From assembly GCF_016903815.1 (NCBI RefSeq), contig NZ_CP069973.1: a stretch of 64,000 bases of DNA; one strand, 5' to 3'. Source of the stretch: Escherichia coli. Its GTDB lineage: Bacteria > Pseudomonadota > Gammaproteobacteria > Enterobacterales > Enterobacteriaceae. This document shows positions 10,688 through 18,206 of the stretch, piece by piece. Each line of letters begins with the position of its first letter. The first letter of the stretch is position 1. The notes under the pieces are model-generated. The model had not been told where the DNA came from, ran no database searches, and worked only from the letters and a program-made list of their open reading frames with translations. The translations under genes and the position numbers were made by a program.

Positions 10688-10885
10688 AGCTTTCAAAGCA
10701 GAAGGCTTTGGGATTGGATGAATGAGCAGGCTGATGCTCGACCAATGTATAAACAGCGCTCATGGCAAGCAGTAACCAATCTGCGCCTCAAGACAGCGTC
10801 ACTGGTAGTGCGGGCGCTCTAACCAGTAAGCCGGGGTTCAGCGCCGGCCATCCAATCACCAAAGCTAACTGACAGGAGAATCCAG

Positions 10886-11218
10886 ATGGATGCACAAACA
10901 CGCCGCCGCGAACGTCGCGCAGAGAAACAGGCTCAATGGAAAGCAGCGAATCCCCTGTTGGTTGGGGTAAGCGCAAAACCAGTTAACCGCCCTATTCTCT
11001 CGCTGAATCGCAAACCGAAATCACGAGTAGAAAGCGCACTGAATCCGATAGACCTTACGGTGCTGGCTGAATACCACGAACAGATTGAAAGCAACCTGCA
11101 GCGTATTGAGCGCAAGAATCAGCGCACATGGTACAGCAAGCCACGCAGTGAAATGGGTGTGACTTGCTCAGGCCGCCAGAAGCAACGCGGAAAATCAATT
11201 CCAGCTTATTACGATTGA
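10886..11218 (+). CDS. N: Antiterminator N (lambda type)
   Basis: MDAQTRRRERRAEKQAQWKAANPLLVGVSAKPVNRPILSLNRKPKSRVESALNPIDLTVLAEYH... is lambda N with a divergent C-terminal ~25 aa. Confidence 0.95.
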   Translation: MDAQTRRRERRAEKQAQWKAANPLLVGVSAKPVNRPILSLNRKPKSRVESALNPIDLTVLAEYHEQIESNLQRIERKNQRTWYSKPRSEMGVTCSGRQKQRGKSIPAYYD

Positions 11219-11226
11219 GGTGATAT

Positions 11227-11478
11227 ATGGAATTTCATGAAAGTGCGATTTGTGATTTTCGCGCTAACGCAAATTCAGTAAAACCACAGCCAATTGCAGT
11301 TCTTTTTAAAACAATGGGAGCGTGGGCTGTTTTATGCTTCGCCGCTGATGACACTGACGCAAGAATGGCAATAGGCCAAGAGATGGAGATGGATCCGACA
11401 AACGATGAATTCATAATTTATGGCGCTCCATCTAATTACTTACTTGATACCTGCAACATTTACAACAAGGCTGCCTGA
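11227..11478 (+). CDS. Hypothetical early-left protein
   Basis: 83-aa ORF 8 nt after the N stop on the PL strand. I recognise no family. Confidence 0.5.
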   Translation: MEFHESAICDFRANANSVKPQPIAVLFKTMGAWAVLCFAADDTDARMAIGQEMEMDPTNDEFIIYGAPSNYLLDTCNIYNKAA

Positions 11479-11537
11479 TGGTGGTCTTTATTTTTTAGCC
11501 GTAAATAATTTCATGCTTATTACAATCAAGGTGATAT

Positions 11538-11903
11538 ATGGAAGAACAAGCAAACAAGATTCTCGTAGAACTACTGCAAAAAGCCAGCAATGGAATAGAC
11601 GCGGCTGTTTCATTTAGCCAGGCACAGATTCCTGATGTCATCCATCAGCTTTTGATGTGGCACGCCGTATCATCAGCTGGAATTCAGGCTATCTGTGTAT
11701 TGGTGATTATAGCGTGTGTTTATCTGATGATTTTTGCATGGAATAAAGGAGATGATGCAGATATTGTTCTTTCATCACTACTTGTCACATCAGGAATAGC
11801 GATTATTTCTATTGTTGTTTTCTTCAATTATTTCGACTGGCTGAAAATTTGGCTTGCTCCAAAACTTTACCTTATCGAATATGCAGCATCATTGGTTAAG
11901 TAA
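11538..11903 (+). CDS. Hypothetical inner-membrane protein (2 TM), possible exclusion function
   Basis: 121 aa with two long hydrophobic segments (AGIQAICVLVIIACVYLMIFAW and LLVTSGIAIISIVVFFNYF). RBS AAGGTGATAT precedes the ATG. Confidence 0.6.
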   Translation: MEEQANKILVELLQKASNGIDAAVSFSQAQIPDVIHQLLMWHAVSSAGIQAICVLVIIACVYLMIFAWNKGDDADIVLSSLLVTSGIAIISIVVFFNYFDWLKIWLAPKLYLIEYAASLVK

Positions 11904-12052
11904 TTTCAGGACGCATAGCCGGCCTTTATTTTTGGCACAAACAACAGAATAAACACTGCACTGTGTATTCATTCCAACGAGTGGATACACGGAGCAATGT
12001 CGCTCGTAACTAAACAGGAGCCGACTTGTTCTGATTATTGGAAATCTTCTTT

Positions 12053-12079
12053 GCCCTCCAATGTGAGGGCAGTTTTTTT
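12053..12079 (+). terminator. Rho-independent terminator in the PL operon
   Basis: GCCCTC-CAATGT-GAGGGC hairpin followed by AGTTTTTTT. Confidence 0.75.
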
Positions 12080-12092
12080 GACGGAGTAAACG

Positions 12093-12341
12093 ATGATAAA
12101 AACTGATTACCCTGCAGAGCTTAAACAAAAAGTAATAACAGCAATTAAATGCTCTTTTATCTCATGTCGTACAGATGAAGAACGATATGTCGTTGAGTGT
12201 GCAATTGTCGAGTTTCTCACAGCGATGGAATTTACCGCTGCAGAATCAATAGATGTATTAAAGCAATCAGACGGAAATGATATTGAAACGGATGATGTTA
12301 TTGACCGACTAATAAAATCATTCGAAGAAGAAATAGAGTAG
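12093..12341 (+). CDS. Hypothetical strongly acidic small protein
   Basis: 82 aa with about 20 Asp/Glu against 9 Lys/Arg by my count. I recognise no family. Confidence 0.55.
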   Translation: MIKTDYPAELKQKVITAIKCSFISCRTDEERYVVECAIVEFLTAMEFTAAESIDVLKQSDGNDIETDDVIDRLIKSFEEEIE

Positions 12342-12424
12342 CCGCCTGAGCGCGGCTTTACCGCATACCAATAATGCTTCACGAGAGGCATTTTAGTTAT
12401 GCAATCAAATATAAGGAGTTACCC

Positions 12425-12559
12425 ATGATGCACTTTCAGCTCGCGGGTAGCGGCGTCATGTCCGCTTTCTACCCGCACGAATCTGAATTATCACGCCGAG
12501 TTAAACAATTAATCAGAGCAGCAAAGAAACAAATGGAGGCGTTATGCGCAATGAAATAG
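12425..12559 (+). CDS. cIII: cIII-like FtsH inhibitor
   Basis: 44 aa with RBS TAAGGAG. MMHFQLAGSGVMSAFYPHESELSRRVKQLIRAAKKQMEAL has the AG-x-G...ES-L-R amphipathic-helix pattern of the lambda/HK022 CIII family. Sits in the expected position before kil. Confidence 0.6.
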   Translation: MMHFQLAGSGVMSAFYPHESELSRRVKQLIRAAKKQMEALCAMK

Positions 12560-12696
12560 CCATCAATCACCAGATGCTTCGTGCTGCACAGAACAAAGCA
12601 GTAATAGCCAGATTTATTGGTGATTCCAAAATGTGGCTTGAAGCAAATAAAGCGATGAAATCAGCTATCAACCTTCCGTGGTATCGCAGGAAATGA
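12544..12696 (+). CDS. kil: Kil-like host division inhibitor
   Basis: 50 aa, below the ORF-track cutoff. AVIARFIGDSKMWLEANKAMKSAI parallels lambda Kil TIATFIGDEKMFREAVDAYKKWI. Overlaps the cIII end. Confidence 0.6.
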   Translation: MRNEIAINHQMLRAAQNKAVIARFIGDSKMWLEANKAMKSAINLPWYRRK

Positions 12697-12800
12697 GTTT
12701 TACAGATAACTGGTCAGACGAAGAATTCATTCGTCAGATGAACAAAATGCTCAATCAGCACAAAGAACAGGAGAAAGATGATGATTCTGACTCTGAATGA
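12693..12800 (+). CDS. Small acidic ORF (35 aa)
   Basis: ATGA-coupled to the kil stop. Translation MSFTDNWSDEEFIRQMNKMLNQHKEQEKDDDSDSE. Overlaps the next ORF's start. Confidence 0.35.
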   Translation: MSFTDNWSDEEFIRQMNKMLNQHKEQEKDDDSDSE

Positions 12801-13089
12801 TAAGCGTGAAATATCGCAAATAATCGCAAGTTTTACTGATGAAGATTACGAACGAATCAACAGTGAAGTTGATCGCCTCTGCAAACGTTGCGACCCAATA
12901 AGCGAAATGCTTCGCTCATATAAACCAGATGAACACACTAAGGACGCTATCGACTGGCTGGAAGATGATGACTGTAACTATCAGGAAAAAGCCGCTGAAT
13001 GGTTCTGGGATGCAATAACCGAAAGAGTTAAGGCTGAATATGCCTTCGCAATATTCAAACGCAGACATATTTATGGAGAAGCTGCATGA
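12778..13089 (+). CDS. Hypothetical protein upstream of recT
   Basis: 103-aa ORF with its stop overlapping the recT start (ATGA). No nuclease motif seen. Confidence 0.55.
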   Translation: MMILTLNDKREISQIIASFTDEDYERINSEVDRLCKRCDPISEMLRSYKPDEHTKDAIDWLEDDDCNYQEKAAEWFWDAITERVKAEYAFAIFKRRHIYGEAA

Positions 13090-13997
13090 GCAATATCGTT
13101 GAATTCGTTAAACAGCAAGAGCAGTTATTCTGCGGAGCATTGACTGAACAGACGGTGACATGGGCTAAGGAAAGCCAGTTTGCAATTCAGTATTTCCAGA
13201 AAAATGATTACCTGGCTAAAACGGCACTGGCAAATCCAACCAGCGCACAGAACGCCATCATCAATGTTGCGGCGATCGGCATCACCTTAAACCCGGCCAG
13301 CAAACTGGCTTATCTGGTTCCTCGCGACGGCATGGTGTGCCTTGATATCAGTTATATGGGATTGCTCCATATTGCAATGGAGTCTGGTGTTATCTCATGG
13401 GGTCAGGCAAAACTTGTTCATGCTAACGATACCTATGAGTCAAACGGGCTTGATAAAGCACCAACCCATAAATACAACGCCTTCGGTGATCGTGGTGATA
13501 TCGTTGGCGTTTACTGCACAGTTAAGACGCCAGCAGGTGATTATCTAACGGAAGAGATGAGTCTGGCTGAAATTGAGGCTGTAAGGAAAACAAGCAAGGC
13601 GGCATTCAGCGATAAAGGACCATGGGTAAATCACTGGAATGAGATGGCGCGAAAGACGGTCGTAAAGCGTGCAAGCAAGTTTTGGCCTAAGGCATCACGT
13701 CTTGATAGTGCTATTCACGTACTAAACGAAGAAGAAGGTGTGTGGACTGAACCAGTTATGCCGCACAAATCAGAGGAAGATATCCGCGAAGATGAACGGA
13801 AACGCCAGCAGGAAATAACGGATAAAGCACAACTTCTTTGTGATGAAATGGCTCAGGCTGAAAACATGGATGATTTGAAGCGATATTTTGCAGAAGCATA
13901 TCGCCTGACATCTGGAATGAAATTGCAGCAGAACGTACAAGCCATTTACGCAGAATGCAAAGCGAAACTGGAGGTTGCCAGTGAGCAAACTATATGA
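13086..13997 (+). CDS. recT: RecT-family single-strand annealing protein
   Basis: 303 aa. INVAAIGITLNPASKLAYLVPRDG...ISYMGLLHIAMESG and KGPWVNHWNEMARKTVVKR are typical RecT signatures. Confidence 0.88.
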   Translation: MSNIVEFVKQQEQLFCGALTEQTVTWAKESQFAIQYFQKNDYLAKTALANPTSAQNAIINVAAIGITLNPASKLAYLVPRDGMVCLDISYMGLLHIAMESGVISWGQAKLVHANDTYESNGLDKAPTHKYNAFGDRGDIVGVYCTVKTPAGDYLTEEMSLAEIEAVRKTSKAAFSDKGPWVNHWNEMARKTVVKRASKFWPKASRLDSAIHVLNEEEGVWTEPVMPHKSEEDIREDERKRQQEITDKAQLLCDEMAQAENMDDLKRYFAEAYRLTSGMKLQQNVQAIYAECKAKLEVASEQTI

Positions 13998-14463
13998 AAT
14001 TGCCAATGAATACGCAAAATTGATGGATTCAGATTTAGAACCAGAGATGATTGCTGACACAATAGAAGGCATGGAAGGAGAATTTACCGATAAAATAGAG
14101 CAACTTCTTGCCATTATTAAAAATGAATCTGGTTATGCTGAACGCCTCAAGGAAGAGGCAAAGTCACTGAATGAGCGAGCCGCAGTAATTCAAAATAAGA
14201 TTGAGAGCATCAAATCATATATAGCGTCATCGCTTGAAATGGTTGGCAAGAAAAAGATTCGAGCAGGTATTCACCAGGTAACAATCCGCAAACCGTCAGA
14301 AACTGTAGAAATCATCGACTCAAGCGCCCTTCCTCCTGAATACGTTGAGTTTGAAACGACAATTAAAGCCGACAAACTGGCAATCAAACACCAACTAAAA
14401 GCAGGAATAAATATCCCCGGCGCTCAACTCAAAGTTGGGAAACCTTCACTTCTTATCAAATAA
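13975..14463 (+). CDS. Siphovirus Gp157-family protein
   Basis: 162 aa, N-terminal coiled coil. SKLYEIANEYAKLMD...EGEFTDKIEQLLAIIKN matches my memory of PF05565-type proteins that follow recT. The start codon is uncertain (TTG 13975 or GTG 13981). Confidence 0.6.
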   Translation: MPVSKLYEIANEYAKLMDSDLEPEMIADTIEGMEGEFTDKIEQLLAIIKNESGYAERLKEEAKSLNERAAVIQNKIESIKSYIASSLEMVGKKKIRAGIHQVTIRKPSETVEIIDSSALPPEYVEFETTIKADKLAIKHQLKAGINIPGAQLKVGKPSLLIK

Positions 14464-14474
14464 CGGTATCGACT

Positions 14475-14789
14475 ATGAAAAAGACTCCATGGGAGAAATG
14501 GGAAGTCGATTTCTTGCGCGAGGTAGCGGCGACAATGCCAGTTGAAGTTATCGCTGAAAAACTGGAAAGGACTGAAAAAGCAGTAATGGCGAAAGCAACA
14601 AGGATTGGCGCTGACATTGTTAGCCGACTTCGTGGAAGACGATGGACAAGAGCCGAAGTATCACTTTTCGGTAAGTTCTCCGCAGAAGAAATAGCAATTG
14701 CAACCTGCCGCTCAATTTATTCAGTAAGAGCTATGCGATACAAGCTAAAAAAACTCGATGAAGAAAGAGCAGGCATACGAATAAATTAA
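14475..14789 (+). CDS. Hypothetical DNA-binding protein with two Myb/SANT-like repeats
   Basis: 104 aa. It has an internal repeat: W-x2-W-E-x2-FL...IAEKLERTEKAV and RRWTRAEVSLF...EIAIATCRSIYSV. Confidence 0.55.
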   Translation: MKKTPWEKWEVDFLREVAATMPVEVIAEKLERTEKAVMAKATRIGADIVSRLRGRRWTRAEVSLFGKFSAEEIAIATCRSIYSVRAMRYKLKKLDEERAGIRIN

Positions 14790-14805
14790 CATGGAGTAAT
14801 TAACA

Positions 14806-15087
14806 ATGAAGCTAAACATCGACCTTGGAAAATACGTTATTACCGGAACCAAACACGACCTGATTCTTAGTGAAAGAGGAATTATCAAAGAAGGCGAGAA
14901 TGCAGGGAAAGAAACACTAAGTCGTATCGGTTATTACAGCAAGTTTGAGCATCTGGTTAAAGAGTTATGCAACCGTGAAATCCTGTTATCTCAGGCGCAG
15001 ACACTACAGGATATTCAGCAGCATATCGAGACTTTAGGTGTATCACTTAGCACGGCTGTTGACCAGTTCGCGGAGAGTAAATCATGA
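14806..15087 (+). CDS. Hypothetical phage protein
   Basis: 93-aa ORF on the PL strand, ATGA-coupled to the next ORF. Confidence 0.5.
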   Translation: MKLNIDLGKYVITGTKHDLILSERGIIKEGENAGKETLSRIGYYSKFEHLVKELCNREILLSQAQTLQDIQQHIETLGVSLSTAVDQFAESKS

Positions 15088-15251
15088 GAGGACTTGCATA
15101 CAATCCCGGCATTCTTCCGGCAGAAATGATTATTCGCCAACGCGTAAAGCCAATGCCATCGAGAGAGGAATTGCTTAAGAGAAATTCTTTTCCATCAGTG
15201 AATCAAAACAAATATCTGAATTCGATGTGGCGCAAAGGAGGCAAGCAGTGA
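15084..15251 (+). CDS. Small hypothetical ORF (55 aa)
   Basis: ATGA coupling at both ends. Translation [55 protein letters not shown]. Below the ORF-track cutoff. Confidence 0.4.
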   Translation: MRGLAYNPGILPAEMIIRQRVKPMPSREELLKRNSFPSVNQNKYLNSMWRKGGKQ

Positions 15252-15502
15252 GTAATTCCGCACGACTACAGCTTGGTTTTTCACCGCTATCAAAAACTAT
15301 CATGCTGGCAAAAATGCGCGATGTTGAAGGTGGACGTATGCGCGTTGGCAATGATCCAGGTCGTGATGTTACCAATGAGGCTGCTCAATTGGTGTGGCGA
15401 CTGGTCATGGCTGAAGGTGGTGAGATCGCGTGGGAACTTGATGATGGTTCTCGCATGGTGTTGAAGGCAGAGAAGCAGGAGACAACCAGTGAGCAAGATT
15501 GA
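15248..15502 (+). CDS. Hypothetical phage protein
   Basis: GTG start preceded by AAAGGAGG. 84 aa. The track version starts at 15227. Confidence 0.5.
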   Translation: MSNSARLQLGFSPLSKTIMLAKMRDVEGGRMRVGNDPGRDVTNEAAQLVWRLVMAEGGEIAWELDDGSRMVLKAEKQETTSEQD

Positions 15503-16181
15503 CTATCAGGCACTGCGTGATGTGGCAGTGAAAGCCGGTAAAGATAAGTGGCAAGCTAAAAAAATAAACGGTGATTTTTTCGTTATTCGTCACGGTAGTT
15601 ATACAAGACAGCATGGCTACACATTGTATCAACCCATTGCGGAGATTGATTGTAAGTCAGTCCGGGATTTTGTTGCCAAGGCTAATCCGGCTACCGTGCT
15701 TGCGCTTCTTGATGAACTGGAAGCTCAAAGCAAACGCATTGCAGAGCTGGAGAAAAAAGCTGCACCAGATTCGTTTGGCATCATCGGTGAAAATATTCGA
15801 ACACAGGATAATCGAATAACGTCAGACCCTATGTTTTGTGTGTATCAAAAGCGCGAAATCGTTGTTGATGCTGATTATGACTATGACCGGATTGTCTGGG
15901 TTGATGAAGATGGTAATGAAGCCAATAAACGCCAAAGTCGTCGTCTCGAACTACTTCACGAAAACTTTCGAGAGCCACAAGAAAAATGGCGGCGCGTTGC
16001 TGTGAAAGATATTGATGAATTCGTTACCTGCTGTTTCACCGAACAGGGTTGTAAAGACTACCTGGCAGCCAATGGTCACAATCTTCGCTTGCCATTTATA
16101 TATGTAAAAAGCGGTTTCAGGAACGCTGAATATATCGGCATAAGAAACTGGCTTGCTGGCATTCGCATCAAAGGAGAGTGA
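15489..16181 (+). CDS. Ead/Ea22-like protein
   Basis: 230 aa. The central ANPATVLALLDELEAQSKRIAELEKK motif is characteristic of Ea22-like proteins of lambdoid phages. Confidence 0.6.
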   Translation: MSKIDYQALRDVAVKAGKDKWQAKKINGDFFVIRHGSYTRQHGYTLYQPIAEIDCKSVRDFVAKANPATVLALLDELEAQSKRIAELEKKAAPDSFGIIGENIRTQDNRITSDPMFCVYQKREIVVDADYDYDRIVWVDEDGNEANKRQSRRLELLHENFREPQEKWRRVAVKDIDEFVTCCFTEQGCKDYLAANGHNLRLPFIYVKSGFRNAEYIGIRNWLAGIRIKGE

Positions 16182-16182
16182 T

Positions 16183-16392
16183 ATGGCTATCGCTGCAAGT
16201 TACACCATGCATCTCTATTGTGATTGCCTCCAGTGTACAGATGGCAAATATAAGTCGCCAGACTTCGGTGAGTATATAGGTACGTCATGGGCTGGCTGTG
16301 CAAAAGAGGCGCGCAAGGATGGCTGGCGAATAAGCAAAGACAAAACGCGTGCTTTTGCGCCCGGGCATAAAGTTTTGAGGATTAACAAATGA
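16183..16392 (+). CDS. Hypothetical Cys-rich small protein
   Basis: 69 aa from the ATG preceded by AAGGAGAG. Contains HLYCDCLQCTDGKY. Confidence 0.5.
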   Translation: MAIAASYTMHLYCDCLQCTDGKYKSPDFGEYIGTSWAGCAKEARKDGWRISKDKTRAFAPGHKVLRINK

Positions 16393-17180
16393 CCACTTTA
16401 ACCGACAAAGAACTGATTAAAGAAATCAAAGAGCGCATAGGCAGCTTGGACGTTCGAGACAATATTGAGCGCCGTGCTTATGAAATTGCACTGGCATCGC
16501 TGGAAGCAGAGCCGATAGGTTTCCGTTGCAGGCGCAATGATAACCTTGGTGACTGGAGTTACGTATATCATCGAGAGCCAGATGATTTTGAGCGCAAACA
16601 TTTAGTGATAGAGGGCATTTACGCCTCCCCTCCAGCGCCAGTAGTACCGGAAGAAAAACCAATGCCTAATCCTCTTAGCATGTACGCGGTTGATGCTGTT
16701 GCCGCTATTGCAGAGGTGAGAGGCTGGAACGCCTGCCGCGCTGCCATGCTTCATAGTGCCGAACCTGCAAGTAATCATGAAGAGTTGCCGCTTGATTATC
16801 TCCAAGGTCAAAAAGATGGTCTTGAATGGGCTGCGCAGCTTGCAGAAGCAAATCACCCACAAACTGGCGACTGGCTTTACGATGACCCGCTGGAGCTGGC
16901 TAAAGCTATCAGAAAAGGTCCTGACATGCCCGAATTCGATGGACCAACTCCGGTGACTCCGGATAGTTGGATAAGCTGTAGTGATCGAATGCCGGAAGAC
17001 ACCAAAATGTTACTGGCATTTAGTCAAGGTCAAATAGTGGCAGCATATTGGAACTGGGTAGTGAGTCCAATTGATTACAAAAAATACAGAGCTTTCACAT
17101 ATTTATCAGGCAATATCTTGGATGACGTAACCCACTGGATGCCACTACCGGAACCGCCGCAGGAGGCTGACAATGGCTAA
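16389..17180 (+). CDS. DUF551-domain phage protein
   Basis: 263 aa. The C-terminal WISCSDRMPED...VTHWMPLPEPP is the DUF551 signature as recalled. Confidence 0.6.
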   Translation: MTTLTDKELIKEIKERIGSLDVRDNIERRAYEIALASLEAEPIGFRCRRNDNLGDWSYVYHREPDDFERKHLVIEGIYASPPAPVVPEEKPMPNPLSMYAVDAVAAIAEVRGWNACRAAMLHSAEPASNHEELPLDYLQGQKDGLEWAAQLAEANHPQTGDWLYDDPLELAKAIRKGPDMPEFDGPTPVTPDSWISCSDRMPEDTKMLLAFSQGQIVAAYWNWVVSPIDYKKYRAFTYLSGNILDDVTHWMPLPEPPQEADNG

Positions 17181-17457
17181 TCTGCAACTGGCAGTGAACG
17201 GCGAATACTTCGACCAGATGAAGCGGGGCGAGAAAACGGAAGAGTATCGCCTGTGTAATGACTACTGGAATAAGCGAATTATGTTCCGGGAGTATGACCG
17301 CCTGATTATCACAAAGGGATATCCGAAGCGCGACGATTCCAGTCGCAGAATTGATGTTCCGTATGGTGGATATGAAATCAAGACAATCATACATCCACAC
17401 TTCGGTGATAAACCGGTAAAGGTGTTCGCGATAAAGGTGAATATCGGCAATGAATAA
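17173..17457 (+). CDS. ASCH-domain-like protein
   Basis: 94 aa. LAVNGEYFDQMKRGEKTEEYRL resembles the ASCH/DUF3850 N-terminal signature. Confidence 0.55.
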   Translation: MANLQLAVNGEYFDQMKRGEKTEEYRLCNDYWNKRIMFREYDRLIITKGYPKRDDSSRRIDVPYGGYEIKTIIHPHFGDKPVKVFAIKVNIGNE

Positions 17458-17528
17458 CATCCTCGCACTCGCGGGGATTTCTTTTATCTGAACTCGCTAC
17501 GGCGGGTTTTGTTTTATGGAGATGATAA

Positions 17529-17696
17529 ATGCACTTCCGAGTCACTGGTGAATGGAATGGAGAGCCATTCGACAGGGTTATAGAAGCAGAGGACATCAAC
17601 GACTGCTATAACCACTGGATGATATGGGCGCAGATAGCGCATGCAGACGTAACCAATATTCGAATTGAAGAACTGAAAGAACACCAAGACGCCTGA
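17529..17696 (+). CDS. Small hypothetical ORF (55 aa)
   Basis: TGGAGATGATAA-ATG. Translation MHFRVTGEWNGEPFDRVIEAEDINDCYNHWMIWAQIAHADVTNIRIEELKEHQDA. Followed by a short GC hairpin and T6 (17690-17711). Confidence 0.45.
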   Translation: MHFRVTGEWNGEPFDRVIEAEDINDCYNHWMIWAQIAHADVTNIRIEELKEHQDA

Positions 17697-17753
17697 TGGC
17701 GGTTTTTTATTGCCTGATTTGCAGGTTCGATTCCCTATTCGGAGATAGCACTC

Positions 17754-17954
17754 ATGCAACACGAACTACAGCCTGATTCACTGGTTGATTTGAAATTCAT
17801 CATGGCCGATACTGGCTTTGGTAAAACCTTCATCTATGACCGGATTAAGTCCGGCGACCTTCCTAAAGCCAAAGTTATCCACGGACGAGCAAGATGGTTA
17901 TATCGTGACCATTGTGAATTTAAAAATAAGCTCTTAAGCCGCGCCAATGGGTAA
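17754..17954 (+). CDS. torI: Excisionase / recombination directionality factor TorI (AlpA/MerR-type wHTH)
   Basis: 66 aa, MQHELQPDSLVDLKFIMADTGFGKTFIYDRIKSGDLPKAKVIHGRARWLYRDHCEFKNKLLSRANG, which I recall as KplE1 TorI. It lies at the prophage end next to the argW core, as in KplE1. Confidence 0.85.
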   Translation: MQHELQPDSLVDLKFIMADTGFGKTFIYDRIKSGDLPKAKVIHGRARWLYRDHCEFKNKLLSRANG

Positions 17955-18027
17955 AATAGCGGGTAAAATATTTCTCACATCTAAAAAACACCATTCCAAT
18001 CAATCCCCTGCCGCTTCAAGTAGATGT

Positions 18028-18043
18028 CTGCAGGGGACACCAT
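18028..18043 (+). repeat. att core: attR of the lambdoid prophage and attL of the adjacent island (argW 3' end)
   Basis: CTGCAGGGGACACCAT equals the last 15 nt of tRNA-Arg(CCU) argW plus T. The preceding sequence is not tRNA-like, so this is a partial copy. Confidence 0.85.
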
Positions 18044-18206
18044 CCCGCTGTACACCAACGTCTACCATTGTCTATAAATCCCATGTAAACATATAAAAAT
18101 AAAGAGATTTTATTCTCATGACGTCCATTTCCGTCTATTGAAATCAAGTAAATCTATGGGGCATAATTAGGGGCATTGCTGGTTCGATTGTATATGTGCC
18201 CCCAAC

